The notes under the pieces were generated by a model, which ran no database searches, was not told the DNA's origin, and saw only the letters and a program-made list of their open reading frames with translations. Positions 12,781 to 25,208 of a stretch of 64,000 nucleotides of DNA are shown here, one piece after another. Source of the DNA: the human T2T-CHM13v2.0 reference genome, Homo sapiens; assembly GCF_009914755.1 (NCBI RefSeq), contig NC_060947.1; one strand, given 5' to 3'. The stretch's first letter is position 1. The number at the start of each line of letters is the position of its first letter. A program made the translations under genes and the position numbers.

Positions 12781-13894
12781 ATCTTTCAGCAAAGGCACAG
12801 ACACAGTGCTGGGCTCAGTGGGGAAGTCTGTGGTTCTGTCTCAGCAGTTGAGCAACCCAAGTGCTTATGAAGGGACTTGGAGAAAGTGACCTCTTCTCCC
12901 CCTTGCCCACCACCGCAGACACAGCTAGGGCTTCTCCCACAGGACCTCAGCCCAGGTGCACCTGTAGACAACTTTTTTGGAGCACTTCAGGGTGACTGCA
13001 TCCCCATGGGAGGCATAACCCCTGGGTTCACACCTGCAAGAGAGATGTAGTTCCACTCTTTATGTACATAGAATGTTGGCATTATTTCAGATGGACAGAT
13101 ATATCTCTCTAATCTAATATCTGGAACAATAGGACAGGGGCATGATGGGGGAGGTGGAATGCTTTCCTTCCAGCTTGGTAGTGGAGCTGAGGGGGCTCCC
13201 TCCCTTCCTTCTGTGAAAACTGCAGCACATTTCACTAGGAGCTCCCCCAGCTACCTCTGTAAGGGCTGGGACTTTTGCCCACCATTGGGGTATTGAATAT
13301 ACCCATCTGCTTCAGCTACAGCCAGTTCTTACTTGTGAACACCTCCTACTTGCCTGAAGACTGAATTGTTTAATCTAGTGGAAAAAAATACTGGGGAGGA
13401 AAAAGTGCACACAATTGGGGAGTGAGACCTCTGCCATTCTGACCCCACAAGAGACAGTGAATCTGCTGTCACACCCAGTACATCACTACTACAAGCAGCA
13501 TCTGACAAAGCCATTGCACAAAAATTCTCTATAACCAAGGAATTTATGCAGACTTCCACTGAAAGAACCCAGAGTCTAACCTAGGTGATCATAAACTATA
13601 TATATTAATGTCACATCTTCTTCAATGGGAAAACACCCCAGCTGAAAAAAATGATTTCAAAAATAACAAGAAATAGTCTATGTAGGTGAGAAGGAAGCAG
13701 AAAAATAATTCTGGTAATATGAAAAAACAAAGCTTTACAATACCCCTAGAAGATCACATAAATTCTCTAGTGATGAATTCAAACCAGAATGAAATCTTTG
13801 AAATTCAAGACAAAGAATTCAAAAGATTGATTATAAAATTGCTCAGGGAGATCCAACAGATAGCTGAAAACCAATATAAAGAGATCAAAAAAAT

Positions 13895-13995
13895 GGCCAG
13901 GCGTAGTGGTTCATGCCTGGAATCCCATTGCTTTGGGAGGCCAAGGTGGGAGGATCATTGGAGCCTCCAAAATAAATTTTAGAAAAATTAAAAAA
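13895..13995 (+). mobile_element. Truncated Alu left monomer / FLAM-like fragment in L1 ORF1
   Basis: GGCCAGGCGTAGTGGTTCATGCCTG...TTTGGGAGGCCAAGGTGGGAGGATCATTGGAGCC followed by A-rich sequence. Confidence 0.8.
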
Positions 13996-14392
13996 TTCAG
14001 AGTATGAATAAAATTTTTTCCAAAGAGATCGATTTAAAAAAAAAAATAGAAATTCTGGAAATTAAAGACTGTTTTAGGGAATTACAAAATGCAGGGGAAA
14101 ATTTTAACAATAGTCTAGACAAAATAAAGGAAAGAATTTCAGAGCTTGAAGACAAGTTCTTTGAATTAACCAAATAAGACAAAAATAAAAACAATAAAAT
14201 AAATGAACAAAGTCTCTGAGAAATATGGGATTCTGTAAACCATCCAAACCTAAGAATCATAGATGTTCCTGAGGGAGAAGAAAAAGCCAAAATTTGAAAA
14301 ACCTATTTGAGGGAATAATTGAGAAAAACTTCACTGGTCTTGCTGGAGATTTAGACATCCACATACAAACAGCTCAGAGAACTGCTGGCAGA

Positions 14393-14473
14393 TTCATTGT
14401 AAAAAGAATCTTTACATTGAAAAAAGAATCTTTACATTGTAAAAAGAACCTTTACATTGTAAAAAGAGTCTTT
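14393..14473. repeat. 20-bp tandem repeat, about 4 copies (CATTGTAAAAAGAATCTTTA)
   Basis: Directly visible local expansion inside L1 ORF1. Confidence 0.9.
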
Positions 14474-15434
14474 GGTGGCTTAAACATCATCAAAGCATAT
14501 AGTTATCAGGCTATCTAAAGTCAATGTAAAGGAATGAATTCTAAAAGCAGTGAGACAAAAGCAACAAATAACTTATAAAGAAAAACCTAGCAGACAAATA
14601 GAAGACTTCTCAGCAGAAATCTTACAAGCCAGAAAAGATTGGGGGCTTATCTTCAGTCTTCAAACAGAAAACCTGTCAGCCAAGAATTTTGTATTTTGCA
14701 AAACTAAGTGTCACAAATGAAGAAGAAATACAGTCTTTCCCAGACAAAAAAAAAAAAGAAAAGAAAAAGTTGATGGAATTTGCCACCACTAAACCAAACC
14801 TACAAGAAATAATCAAAGGAGCTCTAAATATGAAAATGAAAGATTGATACACACCAATATAAAAAATGACAGGGCTTAGAAAACAGTAACACAATGGGAA
14901 AAGCAAAGGACATACATAATAGCAAACTTGATGACTGTAACAGTACCTCACATATAAAGATTAACTTTGAATGTAAATGGTATAAATGCCCCAATTAAAA
15001 GATATAGATTGATAGAATGGATTAAAAACCATAATTCAAATAGCTGCTGACTTCAAGAGAACCACTTAACTCATAGAGATTCTTACAGACCCAAGGTAAA
15101 GGAGTGGAAAAAAATATTCCATACACATGAAATCAAAATTAAGCAGAAGTATCTATTAGACAAAACAGATTTCAAATTTTAAAAAAAGACAAAGAAGGTC
15201 ATTATATAATGATAAGTAAATAAATTCAACAAGAAGATATAACAATCCTAAGTATACATAAACCTAACACCAGAGTTCCAGATTTACAGGACAAATACTG
15301 CTAGACCTAAGAAAAGAGATAGATAGCAAAACAATAATAGTGGGGGACTTCAAGACTCCACTGACAACACTGGATGGATTATTGAAGCAGAAAATTAACG
15401 AATAAAAAAATGCTGGACTTAAACTTGACTCTAG

Positions 15435-15924
15435 TGAGGGAAGAGAGAGACACTCTCATATTGTTTTATATTGTTTTATACTGTTTTATACTCAATGCTT
15501 GTTTTAAGAAAAAAACAAGGAAGTGAAATCAAAGACAGGCAGCCCGGCGCCAGGCCCAAAACTGGATCTGGGCCTGCCTGGCCTAAACCTAGTAGTTAAA
15601 AATCAACTCATGACTTAGAAACCGATGTTATTCATAGATTCCAGATATTGTATAGAAGAACATTGTGAAACTCCCTGCCCTGTTCTGTTTCTCTCTGACC
15701 ACCGGTGCATGCAGCCCCTGTCATGTACCCCTTGCTTGCTCAAATTAATCACGACCCTTTCATGAGAAATCTTTAGTGTTGCGAGCCCTTAAAAGGGACC
15801 GAAATTGTGCATTTGGAGAGCTCGGATTTTAAGGCAGTAGCTTGCCAATGCTCCTAGCTGAATAAAGCCCTTCCTTCTACAGCTCGGTGTCTGAGATGTT
15901 TTGTCTGCAGCTCGTCCTACTACA
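15435..15924 (+). mobile_element. LTR15-type solo LTR (ERV1)
   Basis: TGAGGGAAGAGAGAGACACTCTCATATTGTTTTATA...AATAAAGCCCTTCC...CTCGTCCTACTACA. 4-bp TSD CTAG at 15431-15434 and 15925-15928. Confidence 0.88.
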
Positions 15925-15988
15925 CTAGAACAAATGGACCTAACAAACATTTATATAACATTCTATCAAAAAAATTGCAGAACATACA

Positions 15989-16422
15989 TGTCACAGACGT
16001 CCATGTGAAGAGACCACCAAAGAGGCTTTGTGTTAGCAATAAAGCTTTTTAATCACCTGGGTGCAGGCAGGCTGTGTTCGAAAAAGGAGTCAGCGAAGGG
16101 AGATAGGGGTGGGGCCGTTTTATAGGATTTGGGTAGGTAGTGGAAAATTACACTCAAAGGGGGTTGTTCTCTTGTGGGCAGGGGCAGGGGTCACAAGGTG
16201 CTCAGTTGGGGAGCTTCTGAGCCAGGAGAAGGAATTTCACAATGTTAATCAATCAGTTAAGGTGGGGCAGGAACAAATTACAATGGTGGAGTGTCATCAG
16301 TTAAGGCAGGAAATGGCTATTTTCACTTCTTTTGTGATCCTTCAGTTGCTTCAGGCCATCTGGATGTATACCTGCAAGTCACAGGCGATATGATGGCTTA
16401 GCTTGGGCTCAGAGGCCTGACA
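15989..16422 (-). mobile_element. LTR7-family (HERV-H; LTR7B-like) solo LTR
   Basis: The reverse complement begins TGTCAGGCCTCTGAGCCCAAGCTAAGCCATCATATC. 5-bp TSD ATACA at 15984-15988 and 16423-16427. Confidence 0.93.
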
Positions 16423-19409
16423 ATACATTCTTCTCATCATCACATAGAACATTTTCCAAGATACGTCATATGATAGGTCATAAAACTAGTCTCAATAAAT
16501 TTTTTAAAAATGATATCAAGTACTTTCTCAGACCACAGCAGAATAAAATTAGAAATCAATTCCAAGAGGAACTCTCAAAACTATACAAATATACAAAAAT
16601 TAAACAATCTGCTCTTGAATTATCTTTGGGTCAGTGATGAAATCAAGATGAAAATTTAAACGTTTTTCAAAATCAATGATAACAGCAACATGAGTTATCA
16701 ATATATTGGGGATACAGCAAAAGCACTGATAAAAGCAAAGTTCATTGTACTAAGTACCTATGTCAAAAAGACACAAAGGCTACAATTTGACAACCTAACA
16801 TCACATCTCATGGAAATAGAAAATAACAAAACAAACCCAAAGTGAGCAGAAGAAAATAAATAATACCAGAGCAGGACTAAATTGAATTAAAACAAAAAAA
16901 TTACAAAAAACCAACTTTTTAAAGTTTGTGTTTTGAAAAGATAAACAAAATTGATACACTACTAGCTAGATTAGCCAAGCAGAGGAGAGAAAATTCAAAT
17001 AAGCTCCACTAGAAAGGAAAATGGAGACATTACAATCAATACCACAGAAATACAAAAGATCATCCAAGACTTCTATGAATACAAATTAGGGAATCTAGAG
17101 AAAATTGATAAATTCCTGGAAACACACTCCCAGGCTTGAATCAGGAGGAAATTGAAATCCTGAGCTAAACAAGAAGTAGTGAGATTGAATTAGTAATTAA
17201 AAATATTCCCGCAAATAAATGCCAAGTATCAGATAGATTCACAGCCAAATTCTACCAGACAAGCTACTTACCAACACTACTGAAACTATTCCAAAAGATA
17301 AAATAGGAAGGAATCCTCCATAATCAATGTAGCCAGTATCACCCTGACACCAAAGAAGGAAAGGATACAAGAAGAAAAGAAAACCGAGATCCCTGATGAA
17401 CATAGATGCAAAAATTCTCAACAAACTACTAGCAAACAAAATCCAACAACACATCAAAAAGAATTCACCATGATCAAGTGGGCTTCATTCCAGTGTGCAA
17501 TGATGACTAAACATACACAAATCAACAAACGTGATTCCCCACATAAACATAATTTAAAAAACAAAAACCATATGATTTTTCAATAGATGCAGAACAAGGA
17601 TTTTATGAAATCCAGCCTCTCTTCATGATAAAGACAAAAAGCCCTCAACAAATTAGGCATAGAAGGAACATATCTCAAAAACTGAAAGCCATATATGAGA
17701 AACCCACAGCCAACATCAAACCGAATGAAGAAAAGTTGAAAGCATTCCCCTTTGGAGCTGGAACAACATAAGGATGCCCACTTTCACAACTCCTATTCAA
17801 CATAGTACCCGAAGTCATAGCCAGAGCAATCAGGCAAGAGAAAGAAATGAAGGGCATCCAAATGGAAAAGTGAAAATCAAACTATCTCTCCTTGCCAAAG
17901 ATAAAATCTTATACCTTGAAAACCCTTAAGATTCCTCCAAAAGACTCCTAGGTTTCACATATGAATTAAGTAAAGTCTCAGTTACAAAATTCAAATACAA
18001 AAATCAGTAGCACTACTATATACAAATAACAACCATGCTGAAAATAAATCATGAACTCAATACCATTTACAATAGCTAACAATAAAACAAAATACCTAGG
18101 AATATACTTAACCAAGGACATGAAAGATCTATATAAGGAGAACAACAAAACACAGATGAAATAAATTATAGATTACAAAAACAAATGGAAAAACATTCCA
18201 TGCTCATCGATTCAAAGAGTTAATATTGTGAAAATGACCATACTGCCCAAAGCAATCTAAGATTCAATGCAATTTTTATCAAAATACAAATATCATTTTT
18301 CACAGAATTAGAAAAAAAATTCTAAAATTTGTATGGAATAGAAAAGAGCGCACACAGTGAAAGTAATCCTAAGCAAAACAAACAAATAAATATGGAAGCA
18401 TCACAATACCTGACTTCAAATTATGCTACACAGCTACAGTAACCAAAATAGCATGGTACTAGTATAAAAGTAGACACATAGACCAATGAAACAGAATAGA
18501 GAACCCAGAAATGAAGCTAAATGCCTACAACCAACTGATCTTCAACAAAGCAGACAAAAACATAAACGGGGAAAAGGACACACTATCCAATAAATGGTGC
18601 TGGAAAAATTGGATAGCCACATGCAGAAGAATGAAACTTGATCCACGTCTTTCACCATATACAAAAATTAACTCAAGATGGATTAAATACTTAAATCTAA
18701 GACCTGAAACCCTATCTAAAAGAAAACCTAGGTAAAACTTTTGTAGACGTTGGCCTAGGCAAAAAATTTATGAAAAAGACCCCAAAAATAAATGCAACAA
18801 AAACAAAAATAGATGAATGGGACTTAAACTAAAAAGCTTCTGCATAACAAAAGAAATAATCAACACAGTAAACAGACAACCTACAGAATGGGAGAGAATA
18901 CTCACAAACTATGCATCTGAGAAAAGAGTAATATCCAGAATTTACAAGGAAGTCAAACAAATCAACAAGAATAAAAAGCAAATAATTCCATTAAAAACTG
19001 GGTAAGTGACATGAATAAATATTTCCTAAGTTATACGGATGGCCAACAAGCATACGAAACAATGCTCAACATCACTAATTACAAAAGAAATACAAATTAA
19101 AACCAAAGTGAAATACCACCTTACTCTTGTCAGAATGACCATTTTTTTTAAGTTAAAAAAAAAAAAAGGTGTTACCACAGATGCAGAGAAAAGGCAACCA
19201 TACAGGTATACACTGCTGGTGGGAATGTACAACCTCTATGGAAAGCATCATAATTTCTCAAAGAACTAAAAATAGAACTATCATTCAACCCAGCAATCCC
19301 CCACTGGATATCTATCCAAAGGAAAAATAATCGTTAAACAAAAAAAGACACTTATATGTTTATTGCAGCATAATTCACAATTGCGAAGATACAGAATTGA
19401 CCTAAGTGC

Positions 19410-19570
19410 CTCTATATATATATATTCATATGTTGATATTTATATGTACACCTATATATGTATGTGTATATGGAGAGAGGTATATACATATAGGTACCTA
19501 AGTGCATATATATATGTGTGTGTACACCTATATATGTACACACACACACTAAACACACACATATACACAC
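19410..19570. repeat. TA/TG/CA low-complexity expansion in the L1 3' region
   Basis: Alternating purine-pyrimidine runs. Confidence 0.85.
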
Positions 19571-20323
19571 CATGGAATACTACTAAGCCATAAAAAAGAA
19601 TAAAATAAATTATTTTGCAACAACCTGCACGGACCTGGAGGCTATTATCCTAAGTGAAGTAACTCAGAAATAGAAAACCAAATATCACAGGTTCTCACTT
19701 ATAAGTCAAGACTAAGCTATGGCTATACAGAGGCATACAGATTGGGGTAATGAACACTGAAAACTCAGAAGAGGAATGGAGGAAGTGGAGTGAAGGATAA
19801 AAAAGTCACCTGTTGGGTGCAATGTACATTATTCAGATGATGGGTACACTAAAAGCCCAGAATTTACCACTGTACAATTCATCCATGTAACCCAAAACCA
19901 CTTGAGCCCCTAAAGCGATTGAAATTTAAAAAAAAGAAAAAGAAATTGTATTCAACTAAATAAAATAAGGGCTATTGTTAACGGGTTTAGTTATAAAATT
20001 CATACAATGCTGCACTTCATAAAGATTTAATGTGTGAATTAAATTTTATTGTCTAGCTTTTTAACTAACTTTAAACACTTAGACCCAAGTTAATTAATAA
20101 GTAACCTTTAAATGTCAGTATAGTTTCCAAAAAGAAAAAATATATATGTGCAAAAACATATTATTAAACATAATTTATATTTGTCTTTAATTATTAAAAT
20201 GCCAGTAGATAAAATATGCAAATGCTTTGGGATAACAATGCATGTATATCTAATTTTGCTTCTCAAATTTTTAAAATAACATGAGATAAATGCAGCTGGA
20301 AAAAAATAACTGGATAGTTTTTA

Positions 20324-21090
<767 letters not shown>

Positions 21091-21104
21091 TGGTTACTTT
21101 TTTC

Positions 21105-22909
21105 AAACACTCCTCAGCAAATGCAAACGAATGGAAACCATAACAAACCATCTCTCAGACCACAGTGAAATCAAATTAGAACACAGGATTTTTTTAATGA
21201 TCGTCATTCTAACTGGCGTGAGATGGTATCTCATTGTGATTTTGATTTGCATTTCTCTAATGACTAGAGATGATGAGCTTTTTTACTATGTTTCTAGGCC
21301 ACATAAATGTCTTTTTTTGAGAAGTGTCTGATCATAACCTTCACCCACTTTTTAATGGGGTTGTTTGGTTTTTTTCTGGTAAATATGTTTACGTTCTTTA
21401 CATTAAAAAATCTGGAAACAACAGATGCTGGAGACAATGTGAAGAAATAGGAACGCTTTTACACTGTTGGTGGAAGTGTAAATTAGTTCAACCATTGTGG
21501 AAGACAGTGTGGTGATTCCTCAAAAATCTAGAACCAGAAATATTATTTAACTCAGCAATCCCATTATTGGGTATATACCCAAAGGATTATAAATCATTCT
21601 ACTATAAAGACACAGGCACACATATGTTTATCGGAGTACTGTTCACAAGTACTTGGAACCAACACAGATGTCCATCAATGATAGACTGGATAAAGAAAAT
21701 GTGGCAAATATATGCCATGGAATATAGTACAGCCATAAAAAAGGATGAGTTCATGCCTTTTACAAGGACATGGATGAAGCTGGAAACCATCATTCTCAGC
21801 AAACTACCACAGGAACAGAAAACCAAACACTGCATGTTCTCACTTACAGGTGGGAGTTGAACAATGAGAACACATGGGCAAAGGGAGGGGAACATTATGC
21901 ACTGGGGCCTGTAGGGGGCTGGGAGATAGGGGAGGGTTAGCATTAGCAGAAATAACTAATGTAGATGATGGGTTGATAGGTGCAACAAATCACCATGACA
22001 CCTGTACACCTATGTAACAAACCTGCATGTTCTGTACATGTACCCCAGAACTTAAAGTATAATAATAATAAAATGTCATTGCCTCAGCCATCCCCAATTC
22101 CTCTGAGTTATAGAATTCCCACATCCTCTCAGAATTTCTCCAATACCATATGTAACCAACAAAGAGGGAGTGAAGCAAGTGTCAAGCTGCTTATTAAAAT
22201 ATAACACTTTTTTTAAGGAACTAAGGATTAAGAAACTCAATGAAAATCGCACAACTACATGGAAACTGAACAACCTGCTCCTGAATGACAACTGTGTAAA
22301 TAACAAAATTAAGTCAGAAATAAATAAGTTCTTTGAAACCAGTGAGAACAAAGGAACAATGTATCAGAATCTCTGGGACACAGCTAAAGCAGTGTTAAGA
22401 AGGAAATTTATAGCACTAAATGCCCATATCAGAAAGTGGAAAAGATATAAAATTGACACCATACCATCACAATTAAGAGAACTAGAGAAGCAAGAGCAAA
22501 CAAATTCAAAAGCTAGAAGAAGACAAGAAATAACTATGATCAGAGCAGAACTGAAGGAGATAGAGACACAAAAAATCATTGAATCAAGGAGGTGTTTTTT
22601 TTTTTTTTTGAAAAGATTAACAAAATAGATAGACCACTAGCTGGAGTAATAAAGAAGAATAGAGAGAAGAATCAAATAGACACAATAAAAAATGATAAAG
22701 GGAATATCACCACTGATCCCACAGAAATAAAAACTACAATCATAGACTACTATAAACACCTCTATGCAAATAAACTAGAAAAATCTAGAAGAAATTGATA
22801 AATTCCGTGACACATACACCCTTCCAAGACTAAACCAAAAAGAAGTCAAATCCCTGAATAGACCAATATCAAGCTCTGAAATTGAGGCAGTAATTAATAG
22901 CCATCCAAC

Positions 22910-22942
<33 letters not shown>

Positions 22943-25188
22943 CAGGACCAGATAGATTCACAGCCGAATTCTACCAGAGGTACAAAGAGGAGGTGATACC
23001 ATTCCTTCTGAAACTATTCCAAACAATAGAAAAAGAGGGACTCCTCCCTAACTCATTTTATGAGGCCAGCATCATCCTGATATCAAAACCCGGCAGAGAC
23101 AAAACAAAAAAAGAAAATTTCAGGCACCACTCCTATTCAACACAGTATTGGAAGTTATGGCCAGGGCAATCAGGAAAGAGAAAGAAATAAAGGGTATTCA
23201 AATAGGAAGAGAGGAAGTCAAATTGTCTCTGTTTGCAGATGACATGATTGTATATTTAGAAAACCCCACTGTCTCAACCCAAAACCTCCTTAAGCTAATA
23301 AGCAACTTCAGCAAAGACTCAGGATACAAAATCAATGTGAAAAAAATCACAAGCATTCCTATACACTGATAATAGACAAACAGAGAGCCAAATCATGAGT
23401 GAATTCCCATTCACAATTGCTACAAAGAGAATATAATATCTAGGAATACAACTTACAAGGGACGTGAAGGACCTCTTTAAGGAGAACTACAAACCACTGC
23501 TCAAAGGAATAAGAGAGAACACAAGCAAATGGAAAAAAAATTATATTCATGGATAGGAAGAATCAATATCATAAAAATGGCCATACTGCCCAAAGTAATT
23601 TATAGATTCAATGCTATTTCCATCAAGCTACCATTTACTTTCTTTACAGAACTAGAAAAAACTACTTTCAGTTTCATATGGAACCAAAAAAAGAGCCTGT
23701 ATAGCCAAGACAAACCTAAGCAAAATAACAAAACTGGAGTCATCACGCTACCTGACATCAAACTATACTACAAGGCTACAGTAACCAAAACAGCATGGTA
23801 CTGGTACCAAAATAGGTATATAGACCAATGGAATAGAATGGAGACCTCAGAAATAGCACCACACATCTACAACCATCTGATCTTTGACAAACCTGCCAAA
23901 AACAAGCAATGGGGAAAGGATTCCCTATTTAATAAATGGTTCTGGGAGAACAGGCAGCCACATGCACAAAACAGAAACTGGACCCCTTTCTCACATCTTA
24001 TATGAAAATTAACTCAAGATGAATTAAAGACTTAAATGTAAAACCTAAAACCATAAAAACCCTAGAAGAAATCTAGGCAATACCATTCAGGATGTAGGCA
24101 CGGGCAAAGACTTCATGACTAAAACACCAAAAGCAAAGGCAACAAAAGCCAAAATTGACAAATGGGATCTAGTTAAATGAAAGAGCTTCTGCACAGCAAA
24201 AAGAAATGATCATCAGAGTGAACAGGCAACCTAGAGAATGGGAGAAAATTTTTGCAATCTATCCATCTGACAAAGGGCTAATATCCACAATCTGCAAAGA
24301 ACTTAAACAAATTTACAAGAAAAAAACAAACAACCCCATCAAAAAGTGGGTGAAGGGTATGAATAGACACTTCTCAAAAGAAGACATTTATGTGGCCAAC
24401 AAACATATGAGAAAAAGTTCATCATCACTTGTCATTAGAGAAATGCAAATCAAAACCAAAATGAGATACCATCTCAAGCAAATTAGAATGGCGATCACTA
24501 AAAAGTCAGGAAACAACAGATTCTGGTGAGGCTGTAGAGAAATAGGAACACTTTTACACTGTCGGTGACAGTGTAACTTAGTTCAATCATTATGGAATAC
24601 AGTGTCGAGATTCCTCGTGGATCTAGAACCAGGAATAACATTTAACCCAGCAATCCCACTACTGGGTATATACCCAAAGGATTATAAATCATTCTACTAT
24701 AAAGACGCATGCACATGTATGTTTATTGCAGCACAATTTACAATAGGAAAGACTTGGCACCAACCCAAATGCCCATCAGTGATATACTGGAAGAAGAAAA
24801 TGTGGCACATATATACCATGGAATACTATGCAGCCATAAAAAAGAATAAGAGTTCATGTCCTTTGCAGGGACATGGATGAAGCTGGAAACCATCATTCTC
24901 AGCAAACTACCACAGAAACAGAAAACCAAACACATGTTCTCACTCATAAGTGGGAGTTGAACAATCAGAACACATGGACACAGAGAAGGGAACATCACAC
25001 ACTGGGGCCTGTTGGGGGGGTGAGGGACAAGGGGAGGGAAAACATTAGGACAAATACCTAATGCATGAGGTGCTTAAAACCTAGATGACGGGTTGATAGG
25101 TGCAGCAAACCACCATGGCACATGTGTTCCTATGTAATAAATCTGCACATTCTGCACATGTATCCCAGAACTTAAGGTAAAATTTAAA
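21105..25188 (+). mobile_element. 5'-truncated L1PA7/8-like element hosting a nested L1 at 21191-22217, with an internal deletion near 23125
   Basis: ORF2 fragments (22170, 23148 [13 protein letters not shown], 23529, 24206, 24602) and 3' UTR. TSD AAAAATTGGTTA(C/G)TTTTTTC at 21085-21104 and 25189-25208. Confidence 0.9.
21191..22217 (+). mobile_element. Nested L1PA 3' end with 5' inversion (21191-21400 on - strand) and a non-L1 3' extension (22074-22214)
   Basis: Strand switch at 21400/21401, 3' UTR to about 22073. TSD-like GAACACAGGATT (21179-21190) and GAACTAAGGATT (22218-22229). Confidence 0.82.
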
Positions 25189-25208
25189 AAAAATTGGTTA
25201 GTTTTTTC

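Larger units (their letters stand above)
12786..19942 (+). mobile_element. Near full-length decayed LINE-1 (L1PA17/L1PB4-like) inserted in the ERV
   Basis: GC-richer 5' UTR, ORF1 remnant at 13686 (KEFKRLIIKLLREIQ), ORF2 remnants (18511 [18 protein letters not shown]), 3' UTR AAAAGCCCAGAATTTACCACTGTACAATTCATCCATGTAACC and A tail. Confidence 0.9.

Noticed and set aside
14393-14473. CRISPR-like or regulatory array
   Set aside because: The units are head-to-tail with no spacers, inside a mammalian L1, so this is a simple tandem duplication.
12770-19960. TSD for the long + strand L1
   Set aside because: The candidate flanks (AGAAAGTATCTTTCAGC vs AGAAATTGTATTCAAC) are too dissimilar to call.
23115-23140. 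Splicing-derived deletion in L1 ORF2
   Set aside because: Several hundred bp of RT sequence are missing at TTTCAGG/CACCACTCC, but the consensus after the left breakpoint does not begin with GT. An ordinary deletion is more likely.
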